Assembly (NCBI GenBank): GCA_977020255.1
Contig: CDROCS010002751.1
Location: forward strand, 124,001 to 188,000
Source: Obrimoposthia wandeli
Taxonomy: Eukaryota
Length of the DNA stretch: 64,000 bases
Reading direction: 5' to 3'
The position numbers were made by a program, and so were the translations under genes. Under the pieces are notes generated by a model. That model saw only the letters and a program-made list of their open reading frames with translations, made no database searches and had not been told where the DNA came from. Positions 42,872 through 50,854 of the stretch are shown piece after piece. The stretch's first letter is position 1, and every line of letters begins with the position of its first letter.

Positions 42872-43417
42872 CTATAGTATAGACTTCTTTTTCTTCCACA
42901 ATTCCTTCTTAGTTTTGTCTATTTTAATAATACCTTTATCTCTTTGTTTTTGCTTTTTAAATAGGTATTTACTGATGTCTTTAGGTATTAGTTTTTCACA
43001 TTCATCCCTAAAAAACTTTGCAGCCGTTGGTGATGCTCCATTACTTGAAACTGCAATTTGTAGTGGTTTATTTTTTGTTAAAGCCATAAAATAAAAGTCA
43101 CAAAATAGTGGAACATCCACAATGTTGAGTAAAATACTATGCTTTTTTTTGTACTTTACTAATTTTTTTGCAACTGATGGTACACCTGTTGCATCTATAA
43201 TTATATAAAACTCTTTTATATCTTTTAATTTGAAAGTTTTTTTAGTTATATTTTGAGTAGTTGTAAGTATTTCATCATTGAATGTTTCTGAGATAAGATG
43301 AAAGTCTATATTGTTATTTTGTAAGACTTGTGCTTTTTGTAAAGCGACATTTCCTCCTCCAATTAGAAGTATCTGAGGGTTTTTAAGCAGTATTGGTATT
43401 GTTTTATTTTTTGTCAT
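42872..43417 (-). CDS. Precorrin-2 dehydrogenase/sirohydrochlorin ferrochelatase (SirC/Met8, CysG N-terminal type)
   Basis: IGGGNVALQK, NIVDVPLFCDFY, IAVSSNGASP motifs. Confidence 0.85.
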   Translation of the reverse strand: MTKNKTIPILLKNPQILLIGGGNVALQKAQVLQNNNIDFHLISETFNDEILTTTQNITKKTFKLKDIKEFYIIIDATGVPSVAKKLVKYKKKHSILLNIVDVPLFCDFYFMALTKNKPLQIAVSSNGASPTAAKFFRDECEKLIPKDISKYLFKKQKQRDKGIIKIDKTKKELWKKKKSIL

Positions 43418-43440
43418 ATAAACTCCGTAGTATTTTATAT

Positions 43441-43469
43441 ATCATAACTAAATTCTAATATCTATTCAA
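43441..43469 (-). promoter_or_regulatory. Putative sigma70 promoter of the SirC/Met8 gene
   Basis: Minus strand TTGAAT-N17-TATGAT. Confidence 0.5.
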
Positions 43470-43564
43470 GTAAATCAATAGACTTTATATTGTTTATTCT
43501 TTCTATTTAAATTTACTATTTTAATAATACCTTAACAAAAGGGATTATAAGACTTTTCTAATCC

Positions 43565-43614
43565 CAAGTAAATTTATTGTCTTACTTGACATAAAAGCAA
43601 TAATTCGATACAAT
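43565..43614 (+). promoter_or_regulatory. sigma70 promoter of yeeE with an overlapping inverted repeat
   Basis: TTGACA 43586-43591, N17, TACAAT 43609-43614; CAAGTAA-N10-TTACTTG at 43565-43588. Confidence 0.65.
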
Positions 43615-43636
43615 CGGAAAATTAGAAAGGATAAAA

Positions 43637-44740
43637 ATGTTAGATTTAGAAAATTACGAAATATTTCAAATAGTTAATTTATCAGCATTTATACTTGGTT
43701 TATCATTTGGAGCAATTGCCCAAAAAAACCAATTTTGTTTTAGTGGTTCAATAAAAGATTACATATTAACAGATTCAACAAAAAGAGCAGCATCGGTTGT
43801 GATGGCTATTATTGTAGCGATTATCGCTACTTATGCAGTTTCAAATTATAATGAAATAGATTTAAGTGAGTCAAATTTTTACAAAGATAATATTAATTAC
43901 TTTGCTATTATTTTAGGTGGTTCATTATTTGGAATTGGGATGATGATAGCAGATGGTTGTAGTAGTAGACATCTTGTAAAGTTTGCACAAGGTGATCCTT
44001 ATTCATTAGTTACATTACTTTTTATTGCAATATTTGCTTATGCAACAACAAAAGGTTTTGTAAGTGAATTTATTACAACAATAACAAGAAATGAAACATT
44101 AATTCAATGGTCATCATATATAGGAAACGAACAGTTAAATATATTTGTAGTGATTATTCCATTGTTTTTATTTTTATTGTTATTAACAAAAAGTTTTAGA
44201 AGAATATTATCTTTAAAAGATGGCGTTTTAGTAGGGCTTATTATTGCTGGTGGTTGGTATGTAACTGGTGTAATTGGTGTTGAGAGTATAGAAAGAGAAG
44301 TATTACTTAATAGTATGACTTTTGTTTATCCTAGTGCACAAACTTTAGAGTTCTTTTCATATTATCAAGTTACTGACTTGACATTTGGTGTGAGTATTAT
44401 ATTGGGTGTTGTATCAGGTGCTTTTATTATGTCTAAATTTAATAGAAAGTATAGCTTTGGTTGTACTTCAAATTTACAACATAGTAAAATAAAATACAAT
44501 ATGATCGGTGGCGCATTGATGGGTGTTGGTGGAGTTCTGGCTATTGGTTGTACAGTTGGGCAAGGACTTACTGGTATGTCTACATTAGCAACTGCTTCTG
44601 TAGTGGCTATATCATCTATTATGATCTCAGGTTTTCTTACAGCGAAATACTTAGGAAAACAAGATAAATTACCTATGTGTTTTATTTTTGAATGGGACGA
44701 TAAAAAAGAAGATGAAGCAAAGCGAAATTTTCAAATATAA
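43637..44740 (+). CDS. YeeE/YedE family sulfur-compound (thiosulfate) transporter
   Basis: QKNQFCF, GMMIADGCSSRHL, GGVLAIGCTVGQGLTG: three conserved Cys motifs. Confidence 0.88.
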   Translation: MLDLENYEIFQIVNLSAFILGLSFGAIAQKNQFCFSGSIKDYILTDSTKRAASVVMAIIVAIIATYAVSNYNEIDLSESNFYKDNINYFAIILGGSLFGIGMMIADGCSSRHLVKFAQGDPYSLVTLLFIAIFAYATTKGFVSEFITTITRNETLIQWSSYIGNEQLNIFVVIIPLFLFLLLLTKSFRRILSLKDGVLVGLIIAGGWYVTGVIGVESIEREVLLNSMTFVYPSAQTLEFFSYYQVTDLTFGVSIILGVVSGAFIMSKFNRKYSFGCTSNLQHSKIKYNMIGGALMGVGGVLAIGCTVGQGLTGMSTLATASVVAISSIMISGFLTAKYLGKQDKLPMCFIFEWDDKKEDEAKRNFQI

Positions 44741-44757
44741 AAACTCAATAAGAGATT

Positions 44758-46335
44758 TTATTCAATATCTTTGAATTTATCTCTTATTTTTAAAAACTCA
44801 TCTAAATTATCAAAAAATATATCTACAAGAAAAGGATCAAAATGTTTCCCTCTTTCTTCTTTAAAAAGTTTAAATATCTTTTCATCATTCCAAGCTTTTT
44901 TATATACTCTGTCACTTCCTAAGGCATCAAATACATCTGCTAGTGCAGTGATACGACCATTGATATCTATTTTATCACCTTCTAAACCTTGAGGATAACC
45001 AGTACCATTCCATTTTTCATGATGTTCATATGCTACAGTAGCCGCAAGTTTTAGTAAAGGTCTATTTGAGCTTTTAAGCATCTCATAACCTAATTGTGCA
45101 TGTGTATCCATGATTAAGCGTTCACTCTCATCAAATCTTCCTGGTTTGTTTAAGATGGCATCAGGGATAGCTACTTTTCCTATATCATGCATTGGGCTTG
45201 CTTGTTTTAACATTTCAGCTTCAGCTTCAGATAAACCATAATGTAAGGCTAAAATCTTAGAATACTCAGCAACTCTTTTTACATGATTTCCTGTTTCTTT
45301 AGAACGACTCTCCCCAATAGCACCCATAGTAAAAACTACTTCTTTTTGAGTGTGAGTGATTTCATCATTTAGGTTATTTATTTGTTTCAATCCCTCTTCA
45401 ATTTTATTTTCGATTTCATCTACAGATAAGCCAACATTTTTGTATACTTTTCGCCCAAAAACAATAATAAGAAGCACAGTAATACTTAGTAGTATAAACA
45501 AAGATGTGTATACATTATTTATAAAAGTGGTAGAGAGTTTTTCTATATTTTTTTCTATGTTCTCATTTACGTTTTCATTTTTTTCTATAATTTTTAGAAT
45601 AGTATTTTGTAATACTTCCTCTTTTTTTACAATCATATCTATGTGAATGATATATGCACCTATTTGTTTTACTGTTTGTTTATATTCTTTAAGCTGATCT
45701 ATATCGTGCTTTAAATAAATAAGATTGATTTGTTTTATCCAGTTATTTAATGACTCTTGATTTTTATGTTGGTAGAGTGTTTCTTTACTGAAGTATTGTA
45801 AATAACCAAAAGTTTTCATCGTTTGAATATTGTTTATTTTAGATATTTTTTGTTCTAGTTCTTTTCGTATATCTTTTTCAATCGAATATAGATTTGAAAA
45901 AAGTTTTTCATAAGCAATTTTTTCTTTTTGTAGTGTGAAAAGTTTATCAAATTTATCTTCGATTTGTTTTTCATTTTTAAATAAAATATTTAAATCCCCA
46001 ATAATACTTTGATGATTGTGTAAGTCATTTATAAATTTATCTAAAAAGTCATCTTTATCTTCAGTGATAAAAAGTTTTTTGATTTTTTCAAACTTTTTTT
46101 CATCTAAGACAAAATCATTTTGTACTTTCAATAAGTTTTTCTCATCTGTTGTAAGCATAAGATCTTTTATTTTTGAGTTCATATCTTCTTGAAGTAGCAC
46201 AAGTTTTGTGATATATTTTTCTGAAGAACTATTTTCTTTTATTTGGTACATAACAATAGCACTGATACTACCGATTAAAAGTACAAAAAAAGTGATGACA
46301 ACAAAACTAAACTTAATGATTTTTTTTATATTCAT
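44758..46335 (-). CDS. Membrane-anchored HD-GYP c-di-GMP phosphodiesterase
   Basis: ETGNHVKRV, MHDIGK, HHEKWNGTGYP, ADVFDAL; two TM segments flanking a large helical domain. Confidence 0.9.
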   Translation of the reverse strand: MNIKKIIKFSFVVITFFVLLIGSISAIVMYQIKENSSSEKYITKLVLLQEDMNSKIKDLMLTTDEKNLLKVQNDFVLDEKKFEKIKKLFITEDKDDFLDKFINDLHNHQSIIGDLNILFKNEKQIEDKFDKLFTLQKEKIAYEKLFSNLYSIEKDIRKELEQKISKINNIQTMKTFGYLQYFSKETLYQHKNQESLNNWIKQINLIYLKHDIDQLKEYKQTVKQIGAYIIHIDMIVKKEEVLQNTILKIIEKNENVNENIEKNIEKLSTTFINNVYTSLFILLSITVLLIIVFGRKVYKNVGLSVDEIENKIEEGLKQINNLNDEITHTQKEVVFTMGAIGESRSKETGNHVKRVAEYSKILALHYGLSEAEAEMLKQASPMHDIGKVAIPDAILNKPGRFDESERLIMDTHAQLGYEMLKSSNRPLLKLAATVAYEHHEKWNGTGYPQGLEGDKIDINGRITALADVFDALGSDRVYKKAWNDEKIFKLFKEERGKHFDPFLVDIFFDNLDEFLKIRDKFKDIE

Positions 46336-46415
46336 TTAATATCCTATATTTGTAGAATAAGTATATTAAAAGTTCGATATAATTCTGCTAAATTTTAATA
46401 AAAGGAAATCTCACA

Positions 46416-47183
46416 ATGAAAATAAATTTTCTTGTTAGTTTGATAATATGTATGGGATTGAGTATCTCAACATTAAGTGCAAAAACAATAGCAAAAATAC
46501 CAGAAGCATCAGGTATCGTATATATAGAAAAAACAGATATGTTAATCGTCGTTAATGATGAAGGATGGATATATAAACTCACACCAAAAGGTGATATAAA
46601 AAGAAAATTCTTTTTAGGTAAATACGACTTAGAAGGTATCACATATGATAAAACTAACGATAAATTACTCGTAGCCGTAGAAGGTAAAGAATCTATTTTA
46701 GTATTAAACAGAGCTAGTTTAGAGTTAGAAAAAGAGATAAAAATTAAAAGAAAGTTTGATGGTGTAGAAGTACTTAAAAAATCTAAAAAAGCAGGACTAG
46801 AAGCCATAGCTATAGATGAAAATGGAGATATTTACGTATCAAATCAGTCACGTATCACATACAAAAATAAGCTGAAAGAAAATGCTTCTGTGATATTACG
46901 AGTTGGGTCTCTAGAAAAGAAAAAAGCCAAAATAAAAGAAGTATATAATCATGGCTACATAGACATAGCAGGGCTTACTTTTCACGATGGATATTTATAT
47001 ATGACAAGTGACAAAGAAAACTTACTTATCAAATATGACCCAAAAACGAATAAAACTATCAAAAAAATAAAACTACCAAAAGCAGCTCAAGAGGGTATTT
47101 GTTTTGATGACGAGGAAAACATCTACATAGCCGATGATAATGGAAGAGTTTTACGCTATAAAAAAGATAAACTAGGGTTTTAA
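46416..47183 (+). CDS. Secreted beta-propeller, SdiA-regulated/YjiK-like
   Basis: Signal peptide; repeated EASGI, DLEGIT, GLEAIA, IAGLT, QEGIC blades. Confidence 0.7.
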   Translation: MKINFLVSLIICMGLSISTLSAKTIAKIPEASGIVYIEKTDMLIVVNDEGWIYKLTPKGDIKRKFFLGKYDLEGITYDKTNDKLLVAVEGKESILVLNRASLELEKEIKIKRKFDGVEVLKKSKKAGLEAIAIDENGDIYVSNQSRITYKNKLKENASVILRVGSLEKKKAKIKEVYNHGYIDIAGLTFHDGYLYMTSDKENLLIKYDPKTNKTIKKIKLPKAAQEGICFDDEENIYIADDNGRVLRYKKDKLGF

Positions 47184-47286
47184 AAACCGTAGTTTATATC
47201 TTCAAACTTTTCTAACTACAAGCTAACCAATACTTCGCTAGAATAAATTTAATAATACAAAACTACCATACAGGACAACACAATAT

Positions 47287-48738
47287 ATGTTTGAACAAAC
47301 TTTTAAAAATATAGACGATATTCTTTTCAAAGATTCAGGGGCTGATAGTGAGCTTGACTACATAGGACAAACTTCTTGGATAATGTTTCTTCGGTATTTA
47401 GATGAACTAGAAAGTGTTAAAGCAGAAGAATCTGAGCTAGAAGGTAAAGAATATACATATATTTTGGATGTTGAATTCAGATGGTATACATGGGCGATGC
47501 CTCAAAAAGATGGAAAACTTGACGATCACAAAGCACTGACTGGGGTTGATTTGGTTCAATTTGTTGACTTGAAACTTTTTCCTTATCTTGCAAGTTTTAA
47601 ACAAACAGCAGATCATGCACAAACTATCGAGTATAAAATAGGTGAGATATTTTCAGAGCTTAAAAACAAAATACAAAGTGGATATGGACTAAGAGAGATT
47701 ATAGAACTAGCAGATAGTCTTCCTTTTAAATCTAGCACAGACAAACACGAACTAAGTCACCTCTATGAAACAAAAATAAAAAATATGGGAAATGCTGGAA
47801 GAAATGGCGGTCAGTACTATACTCCACGTCCACTGATTCGTGCTATGATAAATATTATCGACCCACAAATAGGCGAAACTGTATATGATGGCGCGGTTGG
47901 TTCAGCAGGGTTTTTATGTGAGTCGTATGACTATATAAAAGCAAATATGCCTTCAAATGTAAACAATCTACAAACACTACAAACAAGCACTTTTTATGGA
48001 AAAGAGAAAAAGAATCTAGCATATGTAATAGGTATCATGAATATGATACTTCATGGTATAGAAGCTCCAAATATCATCCATACAAATACTTTAGGTGAGC
48101 CATTATCTGAGATACAAGAAAAAGATAGATACAACGTAATCCTAGCCAATCCTCCTTTTGGTGGAAAAGAGAGAAAAGAAGTACAACAAAACTTCAATAT
48201 AAAAACAGGTGAAACAGCATTTTTATTTATGCAACATTTTATCAAATCTTTAAAATCAGATGGTAGAAGTGCTGTTGTCATCAAAAATACAATTCTTTCA
48301 AATACTGACAATGCTTCCGTAGCTTTACGAAAGCATCTTTTAGAGAGCTGTAATGTTCACACGATTTTAGATATGCCAGCTGGGACTTTTACAGGAGCGG
48401 GAGTAAAAACAGTTGTGTTGTTTTTTAATAAAGGCGAGCCAACTAAAAAGATATGGTACTACTCTTTAAATGCTGGTCGAAATATGGGGAAAACAAATCC
48501 TCTAAATGATAAAGATATGAAAGACTTCATCACTTTACAAAAAGACAAAAAAGATAGTCTAAATTCTTGGACTATAGATACTTTTGATATAGATGAAAGT
48601 ACTTATGATTTATCGGTAAAAAATCCTTTTACACCAGAAGAAAAAGCTTTACGAAGTCCGTCTGAAATATTAAAAGAAATGAAAGATTTAGACAAAGAAA
48701 CAAATGATATTTTATCTTCAATTAAAGAGATGGTATGA
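47287..48738 (+). CDS. hsdM: Type I restriction-modification methyltransferase subunit
   Basis: GQYYTPR, YDGAVGSAGFL, NPPF (N6-adenine MTase motif). Confidence 0.95.
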   Translation: MFEQTFKNIDDILFKDSGADSELDYIGQTSWIMFLRYLDELESVKAEESELEGKEYTYILDVEFRWYTWAMPQKDGKLDDHKALTGVDLVQFVDLKLFPYLASFKQTADHAQTIEYKIGEIFSELKNKIQSGYGLREIIELADSLPFKSSTDKHELSHLYETKIKNMGNAGRNGGQYYTPRPLIRAMINIIDPQIGETVYDGAVGSAGFLCESYDYIKANMPSNVNNLQTLQTSTFYGKEKKNLAYVIGIMNMILHGIEAPNIIHTNTLGEPLSEIQEKDRYNVILANPPFGGKERKEVQQNFNIKTGETAFLFMQHFIKSLKSDGRSAVVIKNTILSNTDNASVALRKHLLESCNVHTILDMPAGTFTGAGVKTVVLFFNKGEPTKKIWYYSLNAGRNMGKTNPLNDKDMKDFITLQKDKKDSLNSWTIDTFDIDESTYDLSVKNPFTPEEKALRSPSEILKEMKDLDKETNDILSSIKEMV

Positions 48739-49847
48739 GAGAAAAATTTATTGGTGAAGTTTGTGAGGTAATAGCAGGGCAATCTCCAGAAAGCAAATTT
48801 TACAATAAAGAAGAAGTTGGATTACCTTTTTATCAAGGTAAGAAAGAGTTCAAAAAGAAATATATAGGTAAAGCAACTACTTGGACTACTAAAATTACTA
48901 AAAAAGCTTTTAACAATGATATTTTAATGTCAGTCAGAGCTCCTGTAGGACCTGTTAATTTTGCTACTGAAGATATTTGTATAGGACGTGGTTTAGCTGC
49001 AATTAGAGCAAGTGATAATATTGATAAAGAATATCTTTTTTATTTTTTGATATACCATGAAAATGAAATAATAGGAAATAAAGGTGCTGTTTTTAATTCT
49101 ATAAATAAGAAACAGATAGAGAATTTAAAAGTTCCCTTACCAAATAAAAAAGAAGAACAAATTAAAATTGTAGAGATTTTAGATAAAACTTTTGATACTA
49201 TAGAAATAGCAAAACTAAATTTAGAAAAAAATCTTCAAAATACAAAAGAGCTTTTTGATAGTAGATTAAATGAAATATTTTCTCAAAAAGGTGATGATTG
49301 GGAAGAAAAAACTATTAATGATGTTTGTGATAAGATTTTTGCGGGAGGGGATGTTCCAAAAGATAATTTTTCAAAAGAAAAATCAGATAAATATACAATA
49401 CCAATTTTTGCAAATGGAATAAAAGAAAAAGGTTTATATGGTTACACAAATATTGAAAAAGTTTGTAGACCAAGTATTACCGTTTCAGCAAGAGGGACAA
49501 TTGGTTATTCAGAAGTAAGATATGAAAATTTTTTCCCAATAGTGAGACTGATTGTTTTAATTCCCAATACTGAAATTATTGAGATAGAATTTTTAAAGTA
49601 TGTTGTTTTAGGAATTGATTTTAAACATACAGGAACTTCCATTCCTCAATTAACTGTTCCTACAATTAAAAAGTATCTTGTTTGTTTTCCTAATATTATA
49701 AAACAAAAGCAAATAGTTATTGAATTAAATATTTTCAAAGAAAAAATAATACAACTAGAACAAATATACCAACAAAAACTAAACAACCTAGAAGAATTAA
49801 AAAAATCTATATTAGCAAAAGCATTTAGTGGAGAACTTTTAAAATAA
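48735..49847 (+). CDS. hsdS: Type I restriction-modification specificity subunit
   Basis: Two TRDs each followed by a conserved helix (EQIKIVEILD..., KQKQIV...KSILAKAFSGEL). Confidence 0.93.
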   Translation: MREKFIGEVCEVIAGQSPESKFYNKEEVGLPFYQGKKEFKKKYIGKATTWTTKITKKAFNNDILMSVRAPVGPVNFATEDICIGRGLAAIRASDNIDKEYLFYFLIYHENEIIGNKGAVFNSINKKQIENLKVPLPNKKEEQIKIVEILDKTFDTIEIAKLNLEKNLQNTKELFDSRLNEIFSQKGDDWEEKTINDVCDKIFAGGDVPKDNFSKEKSDKYTIPIFANGIKEKGLYGYTNIEKVCRPSITVSARGTIGYSEVRYENFFPIVRLIVLIPNTEIIEIEFLKYVVLGIDFKHTGTSIPQLTVPTIKKYLVCFPNIIKQKQIVIELNIFKEKIIQLEQIYQQKLNNLEELKKSILAKAFSGELLK

Positions 49848-49854
49848 AGGGAAT

Positions 49855-50853
49855 ATGATGGCAGAAGATTTAACAGATACAAATTTTGGTGAAATAGTAA
49901 ATTTAATACAAAAAGCAAAACAAAAAGTATATGCTCAAGTAAATAGTACAACCATAGAATTGTACTGGAATGTAGGACAATATATCTCAACAAAAACTAT
50001 CAAAAAAAATTGGGGTAAAAGTGTCGTTAAAGAGTTAGCTATTTATATCAAAAAACAAGAGCCAAACTCACAAGGCTTTAGTGATAAAAATCTTTGGAGA
50101 ATGAAACAATTTTATGAAACATATTATAAAAATGAAAAACTCTCACCACTGGTGAGAGAATTAACATGGACAAATAATCTCATCATATTATCTGCATCTA
50201 AAAGTGATGGTGAGCGAGAATTTTATATAAATTTATCTGCTAAAGAAAGGTATTCAAAAAGGGAACTCGAAAGACAAGTAAAAAGTGGGATATTTGAAAG
50301 AACACTATTGTCAAATCTAAAAGTGTCGCCAGCGGTGACACTTTTACCACAAGATACAACAAATGTATTTAAAGATGTTTATTCATTGGAATTATTAGGA
50401 TTAAATGATTCACATAGTGAACAAACTCTTCAAAATAAAATACTATCAAATTTGAAAAATTTTATTTTAGAAATAGGAAAAGATTTTTGTTTTATGGGAC
50501 AAGAATATCGTGTCCAAGTAGGAAATAAAGATTTTAAAATAGATTTATTGTTTTATCATAGAGAATTACAATGTTTAGTAGCATTTGAGCTAAAAATAGA
50601 TGAATTTGAACCATCGTATTTAGGACAATTAGAGTTTTATCTTGAAGCACTAGATAGAGATGTAAAAAAAGAGCATGAAAATCCAAGTATTGGAGTACTT
50701 CTTTGCAGAAAGAAAAATGATGAAGTAGTAGAATATGCACTAAGCAGAAGTTTAAGCCCTACAGTAATTGCAGAATACGAAACAAAACTTATACCCAAAG
50801 AACTATTGAGACAAAAACTAAATGAATTCTATGAAAGATTAGAGAATAACTAA
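49855..50853 (+). CDS. YhcG/DUF1016 PD-(D/E)XK nuclease-like protein
   Basis: YWNVG, WGKSVV..LA, NLWRMKQFY, IDLLFYHRELQCLVAFELK. Confidence 0.9.
   Translation: MMAEDLTDTNFGEIVNLIQKAKQKVYAQVNSTTIELYWNVGQYISTKTIKKNWGKSVVKELAIYIKKQEPNSQGFSDKNLWRMKQFYETYYKNEKLSPLVRELTWTNNLIILSASKSDGEREFYINLSAKERYSKRELERQVKSGIFERTLLSNLKVSPAVTLLPQDTTNVFKDVYSLELLGLNDSHSEQTLQNKILSNLKNFILEIGKDFCFMGQEYRVQVGNKDFKIDLLFYHRELQCLVAFELKIDEFEPSYLGQLEFYLEALDRDVKKEHENPSIGVLLCRKKNDEVVEYALSRSLSPTVIAEYETKLIPKELLRQKLNEFYERLENN
50140..50158. repeat. Intragenic inverted repeat 1 in yhcG
   Basis: CTCTCACC-ACT-GGTGAGAG, encoding LSPLVRE. Confidence 0.85.
50318..50346. repeat. Intragenic inverted repeat 2 in yhcG
   Basis: TAAAAGTGTCGCC-AGC-GGTGACACTTTTA: 13-bp arms with one G-T mismatch, encoding KVSPAVTLL. 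Confidence 0.85.
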
Positions 50854-50854
50854 C

